DNA of 64,000 bases from Syntrophales bacterium (lineage in GTDB: Bacteria > Desulfobacterota > Syntrophia > Syntrophales > UBA4778). Shown here in pieces: positions 1 to 9,932 of this stretch. A program made the position numbers and the translations under genes. Numbering within the stretch: the stretch's first letter is position 1; each line of letters opens with the position of its first letter. The stretch covers positions 327,151 to 391,150 of the forward strand of contig CAXXQE010000001.1 in the NCBI GenBank assembly GCA_963665615.2, in the 5' to 3' direction. The notes under the pieces were generated by a model. It had not been told where the DNA came from. It saw only the letters and a list, made by a program, of their open reading frames with translations, and did not search any database.

Positions 1-994
1 TTGACAGCTTCTCGGCATTCCCTGCATTCTGCTGCGTGGTGGAATTCATGGCGGCAATGGTCGTATTGACTTGATCGATTCCCTGCGCCTGTTCCTGCGA
101 GGCGGCGGCAATTTCTCCCATCAGTTCGACGACCTTGTCGGAGCTGCCCCTGACTTGCGTAAAGGCGGAACTGGTTACACTCACAAGGCTATCGCCCGTC
201 TTGACTTTCTGGACGATATCTTCGATTAGATTGGACGAATTGCGAGCCGATTCTGTGGCGCGCATGGCCAGGTTGCGGACTTCGTCGGCGACGACTGCAA
301 ATCCGGCGCCTGCCTCGCCGGCCCGGGCCGCTTCAACGGCCGCATTCAAGGCGAGCAGATTGGTCTGGAAGGCAATTTCGTCAATCGACTTGACGATCTT
401 CTGAGTCTGTTCGCTGGCGCCTGCGATCTCTTTCATGCTCTGGGTCAGTTCGTTCATGGACTCGTCGGCCTTTTCGATGGCCTGTTTCGCCGAGATCATC
501 AACTGGTTGGCTTCACGGGTGTTCGAGGCGTTCTGACGGGTCATGGATGCAATCTCATCCAGGGAGGCGGAGGTTTCTTCAATGGATGCCGCTTCGCCTG
601 ATGCCGAGTCGGCGAGAAATTCGGAGATGCTGTGCGCTTGACCGATCGCGTATCCCATTTTTTCGCACATCGTATTGACCGACCGTATCAGTTCGCCGAA
701 TTCGTCATGAGATGAGACTGAAATGCGCTGGGTCAGATCTCCCTGCGCGGCCCTCTGGGTCATGGCGATGATCTGTCTGACCGGCTTGGCGACCAGGCGT
801 GTCAGAAAAAAATTGGCAATAAAAGAAAAGATCATTGCCGCAACGGCGAAAATTACAATGGTCGTTTTAAGGCTTTCCACGCTGTTTAGTGAGCCACTCA
901 ACACGAGAATAACGCCGCTTAACAGAATCAACGAGATGACTACCGGTGTCAGCAGCATTTTTGTGGCCAGTTTCATATTCCCCCAGAACTCCAT
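1..994 (-). CDS. Methyl-accepting chemotaxis protein (3' end runs off window)
   Basis: Manual minus-strand translation from ATG 994 (GGAGG upstream): two TM segments, HAMP-like region, signalling hairpin [40 protein letters not shown]. Absent from ORF track because no stop lies in the window. Confidence 0.93.
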   Translation of the reverse strand, partial: MEFWGNMKLATKMLLTPVVISLILLSGVILVLSGSLNSVESLKTTIVIFAVAAMIFSFIANFFLTRLVAKPVRQIIAMTQRAAQGDLTQRISVSSHDEFGELIRSVNTMCEKMGYAIGQAHSISEFLADSASGEAASIEETSASLDEIASMTRQNASNTREANQLMISAKQAIEKADESMNELTQSMKEIAGASEQTQKIVKSIDEIAFQTNLLALNAAVEAARAGEAGAGFAVVADEVRNLAMRATESARNSSNLIEDIVQKVKTGDSLVSVTSSAFTQVRGSSDKVVELMGEIAAASQEQAQGIDQVNTTIAAMNSTTQQNAGNAEKLS

Positions 995-1031
995 GATATG
1001 CATCCTCCCTTTTGAGTTGAATTCTTCAGAA

Positions 1032-1118
1032 AGCGCTTACCCTGTGGCTTGTCGCGGCGTAAGCGAGGAAATCGCGACGGAATATCTTCCTTGGAGCTTG
1101 CTCCAGTGAGTCTTCAAT
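1032..1118. repeat. Degenerate copy A of ~105-bp dispersed double-hairpin element (IS200/IS605-end-like)
   Basis: ccctgtggcttgtcgcggcgtaagcgag...aatatcttccttggagcttgctccagtgagtcttcaat matches copies at 32501, 35728, 44302, 52829; internally shortened. Confidence 0.7.
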
Positions 1119-1228
1119 TCGTTGGTACAGGCTTTGCCGTCTTGTTTTGGGTCTTCAGCGAGCGAATCATCTTCACTTCAATGATCAATCCATAACGAGC
1201 AACAGATTAATCAGAAGCAACAGCTTAA

Positions 1229-1256
1229 TAATCGGCAGCGAAGCGGTTAAACTTTA
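1229..1256 (-). promoter_or_regulatory. Sigma-28 (FliA) promoter of the MCP gene
   Basis: Minus strand TAAAGTTT-N12-GCCGATTA, near-consensus FliA/SigD promoter upstream of a chemoreceptor. Confidence 0.8.
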
Positions 1257-1768
1257 GCTGATGGTACAATGGTTTTTATTTGATAAGTAACTGTTTTTAA
1301 ATAAAAAGCGGAAGAATTCTGATGCAGGTCTGGCACTTTTTGGCCCGCTGTTGCCGTTTTATTTTTTAAAGCGGCCCGGCATCGTTAAAAGGGTTAAATC
1401 TTGATTCCAGTCGGGCCCCCTTTAACAAGCACATGCCTCGCAATTTGCTGCTGCGTCAGAGAGCGAATCAGGTCTTTGCGGACCAGTCTGAGCCTCCTCA
1501 TGCAGCTGTATTTCGGATAATAGATGACACTAAATGTCAAAAAAATGACAGAGACGCTGGCTGCGTTATCACAACTCTTGGTTTTGGTTAAAGATCGATT
1601 TCTGTAAGAATGGCCGAACGGGTACTGGGAAGCATAAAGCCAGATTCGCAGGTAATCCGTCATCGGCAAGCAGTGCAGAAGGGTTTGGACTTATTCCAGA
1701 GAGTCTTAAATCACCCTAATGGGTAAATCCTGTCTTGCCGCCATTTCTAAAAAAGGATTTCTCAATTT

Positions 1769-1786
1769 TCGGCATGAATTTTGTAT
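1769..1786 (+). promoter_or_regulatory. Possible sigma-54 promoter of TPR-PilZ genes
   Basis: CGGCATGAATTTTGTA: GG-N10-GT, a -12 variant; ~80 bp upstream of ATG 1866. Confidence 0.4.
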
Positions 1787-1865
1787 ATTTAGGTTGTGAA
1801 AAAAACGATTGGGGCACGCTCCGTTTTCCCATCGTCTTATTTTTGATAAACGTACTGGGGTGTTT

Positions 1866-2612
1866 ATGGCTCAGGATGCCAGTGTAAAAATTATTCGCAA
1901 GATCAATGAGGCAAAAAAAGAGCTAAGCGGAAAAAATGTTCCGGGCTGTCTCTTGCATTTCAGGACGGCCTTAGAAATTGCGACACAAGATAACATCTTG
2001 CCGTCAGATAAAAAGGCGGTGACCGAGGCGATCGAAAAGCTGCAAAGCGATATTCAAGGCAGTCAGACGTTTAAAGACATATACGGTCCGGTTACCTTTT
2101 CGGGCAGTGAATTTGACGTTGCCCTGGAATTCGTCAAACAGCTCATCCAGGCATCCAGTGAAGAGCTCTTCGAGTCGACGACCCTGGCTGAGGATATAAA
2201 GGCGGCTGAAGAAGCCAAGGGGGCGAATAACGAAGTGCCGATGACGGAGGCGGAGTCGGCAGATCCTTTTGCGGTGGCAATGGCATGTTTGGCGTCCGGC
2301 GATGTAGAGGGGGCCAGACAGGTAATCGGTCAGGATGAAGAGATCCTTGACAATGTCGTCGAGGCCTTAAATGAGAAGGGTATCGGCGAGCGTTCAACTG
2401 GTAATTATGATGCGGCCATTGCGTATTATTCAACAGGACTGGAATTGTGTCCCGATGAGGAAGGGTTACGTTATAACCTGGCGCGGGCATATTTTGAAAA
2501 AGGAGATACGGACAGGGCCTTAGCGTATTTGGATGAGGCCTTGCAACTCAATCCGGAGTTTTTGCCGGGGAAGGAGCTTCAAGACTTCATCAAAAGGAGG
2601 GGAGCACCATGA
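1866..2612 (+). CDS. Tetratricopeptide repeat protein
   Basis: C-terminal TPR pair (LNEKGIGERSTGNYDAAIAYY...LRYNLARAYFEKGD...ALQLNPEF); ATG 1866 chosen over upstream TTG. Confidence 0.8.
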   Translation: MAQDASVKIIRKINEAKKELSGKNVPGCLLHFRTALEIATQDNILPSDKKAVTEAIEKLQSDIQGSQTFKDIYGPVTFSGSEFDVALEFVKQLIQASSEELFESTTLAEDIKAAEEAKGANNEVPMTEAESADPFAVAMACLASGDVEGARQVIGQDEEILDNVVEALNEKGIGERSTGNYDAAIAYYSTGLELCPDEEGLRYNLARAYFEKGDTDRALAYLDEALQLNPEFLPGKELQDFIKRRGAP

Positions 2613-3010
2613 GCGGTAGCGATGCAGGATTGATTGATTCGTCGTCAGGGCTTGGCAGAATGATCGAAAGAAGGCGGTTTGAACGTTACGAGGTCAATGT
2701 CCCTTTCATGATAGAATGGACGGATAGAGGCGGCAGCGCGCCTGCATTGCATCAAACGTCTAACATATCGGCCCGGGGTGCCTTCCTGCCATCGATCGAA
2801 TCCTACGTGGTCGGTGAACGCGTAAAGGTCAGTTTTTCTCTGGCATTTGCTGGAGAAGAGAGTTGCCCCGCAGGCCAGAGCATTCTTATTACGGTCATGG
2901 GCAGGATTTCGCGTTCGGGCCACAACGGTACAGCCGTTTCTTTCGATGATAGCTTCCAGATTTCAAATTCAACTGAATTCGGTGGCGTTTCAACAGCTGT
3001 ACTCCAGTAA
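2609..3010 (+). CDS. PilZ domain protein (c-di-GMP receptor)
   Basis: RxxxR (RRFER) and D/NxSxxG (NISARG) motifs; ATGA overlap with upstream gene. Confidence 0.85.
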   Translation: MSGSDAGLIDSSSGLGRMIERRRFERYEVNVPFMIEWTDRGGSAPALHQTSNISARGAFLPSIESYVVGERVKVSFSLAFAGEESCPAGQSILITVMGRISRSGHNGTAVSFDDSFQISNSTEFGGVSTAVLQ

Positions 3011-3239
3011 ACGATCCTTTCTGTCGTCATCCGTCAGCGAGCGCATTTACACAGCTTGCAGCGCGGTAAGCACGCGAATCGCATCAGAACTCTTTTCCTG
3101 CATCCATGCCGGCAGCCCATTTCCCTCTGCGCCATTATTGGAAAATTTTCATTTTCATCGTCAAATTCGTGTGCTATTTTCAAATGCTCAGGCTTTCGTC
3201 ATAAATGATGGACGGCTCACGAGGAGGTTATAGCGTCAT

Positions 3240-4208
3240 ATGGATGTAAAATACATTAATCCCTTTCTTCACGGTACCGGCGAGGTGTTGATAAAAATGG
3301 CCTCTCTGCGAGTGGCGGCCGGTAAACCTTATGCAAAGACAGGGGATACCGCTCCCGGCGATATTTCCGGTATTATCGGTATCACAGGAGACGCCGTCGG
3401 CTCTCTTGCGATCAGTTTTACCGAAGGGTGCATTTGCAGCATTGTGTCGAGCATGTTCGGTGAACTGCATTTAACTATCGATAAGGAAGTGATTGATGCG
3501 GTCGGTGAGCTTACGAATATGATCTCCGGCGCTGCGCGCCGCCGCCTGGAGGGTGAAGGGCTGGTTCTTTATGCGGCGATTCCTACGGTTGTGTTCGGCA
3601 AGGAACATACCCTCAAACATATCCTGAATAATCCAAGTCTCGTTATTCCCTTTGAAACCGACGGCGGCACATTTTATGTGGATGTTTGCCTGACGTCCGT
3701 TAAAAAGAGGCCGGCGCAATCCTCTACGCCAATCGTCAAGCCAGCGCCGGTCGCGATGACCAAGGCGGAACAGGCTGTCAAGGCATTTGAAAGGCCTGCC
3801 GTCACCTCCCTGTATTCAAAAAACATCGCGTCTAAGTCTGCGCTCCATCAACCTCAACCTGGATCACCTTCGGTCAAAACGACGGAATCGCCATCAGTTC
3901 CGGAGGAGCGTCCCGTTCAGGATACCGCGCCCAAAACGCCTGAAGAGAAGATCGAGGCCTTGAAGAAAGCCATGGAAAATGCAGCAGCCAAAAGGGATGA
4001 GGCTACATCGGCTCTCAAAAAGAATCCCTTCATGCCCCTCAATGAACGCAAAAAGCTTAATCGAGTCGTCGAATCCTGTGAAGCGACTATCAAGCGGCTA
4101 AAACTCGACATTTCAGCCGTTAAGATGATTGCCGAGATCAAAGAGGGCGACATTGCGGTCAAAAGCCACTATCAACATCACGCTGGGGTTCCCCCAAAAA
4201 AAACGTAG
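3240..4208 (+). CDS. cheX: CheX chemotaxis phosphatase with long C-terminal extension
   Basis: MDVKYINPF start, DISGIIGITG, catalytic ExxN motif (GELTNMISG); ~170 extra residues (Pro-rich linker plus helical domain). Confidence 0.88.
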   Translation: MDVKYINPFLHGTGEVLIKMASLRVAAGKPYAKTGDTAPGDISGIIGITGDAVGSLAISFTEGCICSIVSSMFGELHLTIDKEVIDAVGELTNMISGAARRRLEGEGLVLYAAIPTVVFGKEHTLKHILNNPSLVIPFETDGGTFYVDVCLTSVKKRPAQSSTPIVKPAPVAMTKAEQAVKAFERPAVTSLYSKNIASKSALHQPQPGSPSVKTTESPSVPEERPVQDTAPKTPEEKIEALKKAMENAAAKRDEATSALKKNPFMPLNERKKLNRVVESCEATIKRLKLDISAVKMIAEIKEGDIAVKSHYQHHAGVPPKKT

Positions 4209-4316
4209 TCTATCATGTCTGCGCTGTTCGGCTATTGTCGGCTGTGGTACAGGGTGGCTGCAACATGTCGTGAAGCGTCTACGGGTGGCTGTGCCTGGAA
4301 GGAGTCGGGGCGAGTT

Positions 4317-4967
4317 ATGAGCGATGGACGTGGGAAACATTGCGCAGTGATCTTTTGCGTTGTGCTCATGTTTTGCGTTGTGCCCCGAAGCGGCTTTGCG
4401 CAACAACAATACGTGGAAATAAGTGAGAAGTGGTTTCACGGTGGATTGCAATTCGAAAAAAGCGGACGATACGAAGAGGCGCTGGATTCTTACAACCGGG
4501 CTATCTTAGTCAACCCCGGATTTTCCTGGGCTTACAAACACAGGGGGGTCGTCCGCCTGGCCCTTGGCAGGTATCAGGAGGCCATTGACGATCTCAGCCG
4601 GGCAATCGAACTCCAACCGAATTATCCGAAGGCCTATAATAACCGAGGGGTTGCTTACGGAAAACTCGGACAGCACGAGCAGGCGCTTAGCGACTTTAAC
4701 CGGGCGATCGAATTGAATCAGCAATTTGCGGAGGCCTACTTCAACAGAGGGGTTGCTCAGGGCATTCTAGGACGGGATCGGGCATCCATCAAGGATTTCG
4801 GTCTGGCAATCCAGCACAACCCCCAAGACGAAAAAGCCCTGTATCTACGTGGCTTGGCATACGAAAAACTCGGCAAGGAAGATTCTGCACGCCAGGATAT
4901 CAAGGCTGCGGCGCGCATGGGGGATTGGGATGCGCGGAAAATGGCTCAACGGAAGGGGTGGCGATAA
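4317..4967 (+). CDS. Exported tetratricopeptide repeat protein
   Basis: Signal-peptide-like N-terminus, about five TPRs (AYNNRGVAY, AYFNRGVAQ); start could be 4215. Confidence 0.85.
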   Translation: MSDGRGKHCAVIFCVVLMFCVVPRSGFAQQQYVEISEKWFHGGLQFEKSGRYEEALDSYNRAILVNPGFSWAYKHRGVVRLALGRYQEAIDDLSRAIELQPNYPKAYNNRGVAYGKLGQHEQALSDFNRAIELNQQFAEAYFNRGVAQGILGRDRASIKDFGLAIQHNPQDEKALYLRGLAYEKLGKEDSARQDIKAAARMGDWDARKMAQRKGWR

Positions 4968-4979
4968 TCACTTTTCAGC

Positions 4980-5732
4980 CTAGTTTCCCCAGCGGTGTCT
5001 TGGGCGCGTTCCAGACCGGCCTGTTAATCCGGCGGCAAATAGTAGAAGGAGAAGCAAGGGTTTTACGCCGATATACTTGAAACTGTAGATTAACGGGGTC
5101 AGGGCCATCCGGGTCAGGAATCGCAAAGTTTCGCTTTGGGCGATGACGGCAGCTATCGGTGGAGAGAATCGGTAGTAAAGCGAAACAAACCATTGGCCGG
5201 GCTTACAGGTCAGCAGGTACTCATCACGAAAATGCCTGAGGACCCAGACCTCTGGAGCCAGATAGCTGCCATAGGCAGCTGTCGCGATAAAACACCCGCC
5301 ACCGCCACCTCCTCCAGAAGTAGATGCCGAAGCGGCGTCATTGGTAGTGTTTGTCGTATTTGTAACCGTCTCCGTCGGCAGTAGGTCCGATGAATTGATT
5401 TCCGCCGAATAATCGCTCTCCAGCCCTTCCGTATTGTAAGCCGTGACTGCAAAATAATACGTTTTTTTGCCATCCAGACCGCTCAACGTAAAAGTAGTCT
5501 CAAAGCCGACGTCAATGCTGTCAGTGTACCGGCGACTGCTCAATCCATAGTAAACCCTGTATCCGGCAATGTCCGGATCCGGGTTGGAATTCCAGGCCAA
5601 TGGAATGTCCCTGCAAAAGCCGTTGTCAGACAATGCTCCTATGCAGAGCAGGCATCCCAGAGTGACGGCGAAGATTATTTGACGGATGGTTATCGTTTTG
5701 CGCCCTGTATTCGCTAGATTGTTGATTTGCAT
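4980..5732 (-). CDS. Fibronectin type III domain protein with CFI-box-CTERM tail
   Basis: Signal peptide; [19 protein letters not shown]...YYFAVTAYN (FN3); Thr/Gly linker; [22 protein letters not shown] motif and C-terminal TM/basic tail. Confidence 0.88.
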   Translation of the reverse strand: MQINNLANTGRKTITIRQIIFAVTLGCLLCIGALSDNGFCRDIPLAWNSNPDPDIAGYRVYYGLSSRRYTDSIDVGFETTFTLSGLDGKKTYYFAVTAYNTEGLESDYSAEINSSDLLPTETVTNTTNTTNDAASASTSGGGGGGGCFIATAAYGSYLAPEVWVLRHFRDEYLLTCKPGQWFVSLYYRFSPPIAAVIAQSETLRFLTRMALTPLIYSFKYIGVKPLLLLLLFAAGLTGRSGTRPRHRWGN

Positions 5733-5871
5733 GCCTCTGTTTTTTCCCGTCGAAAGGCGTTAGGCGCACGTTTTTGCGTTGGCCTTTCTTCCAGTCCATT
5801 GCCATTTTTTCGGTTGATTTCAAAATAAGAAGGAAGTCATCTAAGCCGATGGCAGATAATGTGTTTTACCA

Positions 5872-5887
5872 AGCAATCACTATGCCT
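5872..5887 (-). promoter_or_regulatory. Sigma-54 -24/-12 promoter of FN3/CFI-box gene
   Basis: Minus strand AGGCATAGTGATTGCT = GG-N10-GC; IHF consensus match TATCAATTGGTTA at 5916-5928 just upstream. Confidence 0.75.
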
Positions 5888-6147
5888 AGTGAGGGAGTTT
5901 TTATTTTCTGTTTGATATCAATTGGTTAATAATAAGACTGTGTCTGCGACCCGAGGAAGGCTGGAGGGGAAATCATACATTTTACATGGTGTTCATACAG
6001 TTTTTTGGCGGGAGAAGGAAAATATCTGGCAGGCACAAAATCTCGATATTTGTCTGAGCGGCACGGGTCAATGATTCTGCTTGACTCCAGTTGAAGCTCG
6101 TCGTAAAGCGTTTGCAATGCCTCTTTTACCGTATGTTGGGAACCCCC

Positions 6148-8536
6148 ATGCCGAAATTAACGTTATCTGAAATCATCGATCGCCTTGAAAAGGATCGCCG
6201 TTTCATGGAGAATGTCCGTGCCTTGCGGCGGTTACCCGCCCGCGAGGCGCAATATGAATCCTTCCCCGGCTGGGTTGATCCATCAATTCGGAAGGTTCTG
6301 GAGTCGCGCGGCATTGGTGCCCTGTACAGCCATCAGGCGGAGGCTGCCGAACGGATCCGGCAGGGGCGGGATGTGGTGCTTGTGACGCCGACTGCGAGCG
6401 GCAAGACCCTCTGCTACAACCTGCCCGTGCTGCAACGCATCCTCGACGAACCGGAAACCCGTGCGCTCTATCTCTTCCCGACGAAAGCCCTGGCCCAGGA
6501 CCAAATGCACGAGATCATGGGGCTGATCGGCGATCTGAAGGCCGATATCAAGACCTTCACTTATGACGGCGACACCCCAGACGACGCCCGACAGGCCATA
6601 CGAAAACAGGGGCACGTCGTTATCACCAACCCGGATATGCTCCACGCGGGGATCCTGCCGCACCACACCAAGTGGCAGAAGCTCTTCGCGAATCTTCAGT
6701 ATGTCGTCATTGACGAACTGCACGTTTATCGAGGCGTCTTCGGCAGCCACTTGACGAACGTCCTGCGCCGCTTGCGCCGGATCTGCCGCTTCTACGGCCG
6801 TGAGCCCGTCTTTATCTGCTGTTCGGCCACGGTGGCCAATCCGGCCGAGCATGCCGCGCGGCTTCTGGAGCGTGAGGTGATCCTGATCGATCAGAGCGGG
6901 GCGCCCACGGCGGCCAAGACCTTCATGCTCGTCAATCCGCCCGTGGTGAACCGCGAACTGGGCATCCGCCAGTCCGCCATGACGCCGAGCCGCAAGACCG
7001 CGTCGTTGCTCATCCAGAACGGCATCCAGACGATCATCTTCACGACCAGCCGCCTTCAGGTGGAGATCCTGACGAAATATCTGAGAGACGAGTTCGACAG
7101 CCAGAAACCCGGTCAACCCCAGACCATCGCGGGCTACCGCGGCGGCTATCTGCCCAATCTTCGGCGGCAGATCGAAAAGGGGTTGCGCGATGGCGAGATC
7201 GTCGGGGTGGTGAGCACCAACGCCCTGGAACTCGGAATCGACATTGGCGAGCTTGAGGCTTGCATCATGACCGGTTATCCCGGCTCCATCGCCAGCACCT
7301 GGCAGCAGGCGGGACGCGCGGGGCGTCGCGCGGGCCAGAGCCTGGCGATTCTTGTGGCGAAAAGCTCTCCCATCGATCAGTTCATTGTCGAGAATCCCGA
7401 CTACTTCTTTGCAAGTTCCCCCGAGTATTGCCGTGTCAATCCCGACAATCTCCTGATCCTCTTGCATCATATCAAGTGCGCGGCCTTTGAGTTGCCCTTT
7501 GAAGCTGGCGAGACCTTCGGAGGCGAGAATCTGGAAGAACTGCTCGATTACCTGGAAGAGAAAGGGGTGCTGCATAAGGTCCGCGAACGCTGGCACTGGT
7601 CCGCGGAGAGTTATCCTGCCGATGAGATCAGCCTCCGCAGCATCAATCCCGAAAACGTCGTTGTCGTCGATACGACCCAGGCCGGGGATCATCGCATCAT
7701 TGCCGAGGTGGACTGGGACAGCGCCTTCACGGCGGTTCACGACGAGGCCATCTACATGGTGGAATCGCAGCAGTACCACGTCGACAAGCTGGACCTGGAC
7801 CGCAAGAAGGCTTATGTCCGCAAGGTCGATGTCGATTACTACACCGACGCCATGACCTACAACCACGTCCGGGTGATCGACGGGTTTGCGTCTCGGGAGA
7901 TCGGCGACCTCATCATCGAGCATGGCGAGGTGCAGGTGGTCCGCAAGGTCATCGGCTACAAGAAGATCAAGTTCTATACGGCGGAAAACGTGGGCTACGG
8001 CGATGTCGTCCTGCCCGAGAAAGACATGCACACCACGAGTTACTGGTTCACGATCCCCCGCGGGCTTCTGGATCGGTTGCCCTTTACGCGGGCAGAGATC
8101 ATCGACGGTCTTTCGGGACTGGCGTACAGCCTGCACCATCTGGCCGCCATGCACCTCATGGCTGATATCCGCGATCTGGACCGCTGCATTGGCGACAAGA
8201 GCGGCCAGTGGTTCGTCAAGTATGGGCCCGGCGGGCCGCCGCATTACGAATGAATCGCAGCCGGAAGCAGCGGATGCGTCAGGAGCAGACGGCGCAGTGC
8301 GGGCGATCCAGCTCGATACCTTCGATCCCACGCTCTTCATCTATGACGCCTATCCCGGCGGCATCGGCTTTTCGGATCAGCTCTTCGCGCTCCACGATCA
8401 ACTGATCGACGCGGCGCGCCATCTCATCCGCGGCTGCGACTGCGAAACGGGGTGCCCGAGTTGCGTGGGGCCGATTCTGGAAGTCGGCGCGCGCGGCAAG
8501 GAAGTCGCCCTGGCCATTCTGGATTGCATGCCATGA
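6148..8536 (+). pseudogene. mrfA: MrfA/YprA-like DEAD/DEAH-box helicase with DUF1998, interrupted by an apparent +1 frameshift near 8230-8240 (true lesion or sequence error)
   Basis: Motifs TPTASGKT, FPTKALAQDQ, DELH, SAT, TNALELGID, QQAGRAGR in frame ending 8253; DUF1998 tail (FIYDAYPGGIG...CDCETGCPSC) in the next frame ending 8536. Confidence 0.85.
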
Positions 8537-9858
8537 GTGTGAAGTCCCGTCTCAACCGTCTGACCGGCGAGGTGCCTGCCGCAAAGCCGTCGTCCACGCC
8601 GGACCCCGCAAAGAACGAAACCCTGAGCCGTCTACGCGAGCGGATCGATGCGGTTATCGATCGACCGTCGGCTCGCCGCGTTTTGAAGTCCTCCGGGAAG
8701 ACGTGTCCGCTTGTCGGTCTCGTGCCGGACAGCGAGGAATTGACGACGACGGCGGGCCCTGTACTGGCGCTCCACAGCCGCCATCCTCGTGGAGCCCTGC
8801 ACGGCTCGAAGCGAATCGGCGAACTGGCCAGTCGCCGGGGGGACCATGCGGCTATTCTCGCGGGGCATCCGGCCCTGGCGTCCTTCGATTTCCGAGAGGC
8901 GCTTTTTCTGGACACGGAAACAACGGGGCTTTCCGGTGGGACAGGGACGCTCGCCTTTCTGGTGGGGCTGGGCTGGTACGATGAAGACAGTTTCGTAGTC
9001 CGTCAACTCTTTGCGCGTGATTATGCAGAAGAGGCGGCGCTTCTCACTGTACTGGCCGAATTGGCTGCCGATAAACGATTTCTCGTGACCTTCAACGGCA
9101 AGGCCTTCGACATCAATCTGCTGGCAACCCGCTTTATCCTGAACCGCCTGAAAGATCCCTTTCAAAGCATGCCGCACCTTGATCTACTCCATCCGTCCCG
9201 GCGGCTCATCGGACACCGCCTGGAAAACAGCCGTCTTGCAACCCTCGAAGAGCAAGTCCTCGGGTTTTTCCGCGAGGGGGACATTCCCGGGAGTGAGATT
9301 CCGCAGCGCTACTTTGCGTGGCTTCGCCGGAGACGGCCGGAGCTTGTCATGGATATCTTCGAGCACAACCGCCTGGACGTCATCAGCATGGCGGCGCTGA
9401 CTCTCCACTTGTGCGATATCTTGGCCTGCGGGGTGGAGGCGGAGGGCGCGCATCATGCGGATGTGCTGGCGGCTTCGCGATTGTGCCTTGATCGAGGGCA
9501 TGCCGATGAGAGCGAACGCCTGCTTGACGGTGTGATCCGAGCATCGGATCCCGGAAGGCGAGGCGAGGCCAAAAGGATGCGATCGCTGCGACTGCGTCGA
9601 GAGGGGCGTTGGGCGGAGGCCGCGACCCTCTGGCAGGAGATGGTGGACGCGGCCCCCTCGGAGCCTTTTGCACTGGTCGAGCTGGCCAAGTGGCATGAGC
9701 ACCATCAGAAGGATTTTGAGGGGGCGCTCCGGATGACACGCTTGGCCTTGGAGCGGGTTCGTTGCGAAGAAACCCGGGCTGAACTTCTTCACCGGCTTCG
9801 TCGTCTGGAGAGACGGGCAAGTTGCGGGAAAGAAAACGACAAAACCCTAAAGTCATAA
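8533..9858 (+). CDS. mrfB: MrfB/YprB-like RNase H-like (DnaQ-type) exonuclease with C-terminal TPR
   Basis: FLDTETTGLSGGTGT, TFNGKAFD, HLDLLH, HNRLDV motifs; ATGA overlap with helicase stop at 8533-8536. Confidence 0.85.
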   Translation: MSVKSRLNRLTGEVPAAKPSSTPDPAKNETLSRLRERIDAVIDRPSARRVLKSSGKTCPLVGLVPDSEELTTTAGPVLALHSRHPRGALHGSKRIGELASRRGDHAAILAGHPALASFDFREALFLDTETTGLSGGTGTLAFLVGLGWYDEDSFVVRQLFARDYAEEAALLTVLAELAADKRFLVTFNGKAFDINLLATRFILNRLKDPFQSMPHLDLLHPSRRLIGHRLENSRLATLEEQVLGFFREGDIPGSEIPQRYFAWLRRRRPELVMDIFEHNRLDVISMAALTLHLCDILACGVEAEGAHHADVLAASRLCLDRGHADESERLLDGVIRASDPGRRGEAKRMRSLRLRREGRWAEAATLWQEMVDAAPSEPFALVELAKWHEHHQKDFEGALRMTRLALERVRCEETRAELLHRLRRLERRASCGKENDKTLKS

Positions 9859-9932
9859 AAATTCTTGAGCAATTCATACAATTCTGGTATCAATTTCGCT
9901 TGCTTCTTTAACTAAAATCCGAAAGAGGATCT

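Noticed and set aside
1330..1356. Possible sigma-54 promoter TGGCAC.../TGGCCCGCTGTTGC
   Set aside because: GG-to-GC spacing is not 10 nt in either register.
8221..8253. Programmed frameshift or selenocysteine read-through at the helicase TGA
   Set aside because: Continuation is in another frame, so read-through would not restore it; no recognisable slippery heptamer or stimulatory signal.
6283..8340. 685-aa minus-strand ORF
   Set aside because: Antisense shadow of the GC-rich helicase; no motifs. Same for 11461-12765 (serA) and 45679-47466 (mrdA).
6148..9858. DISARM/Druantia-type defence system suggested by a DUF1998 helicase
   Set aside because: Partner is a YprB/MrfB exonuclease in a housekeeping context; no methylase, PLD or other defence genes.
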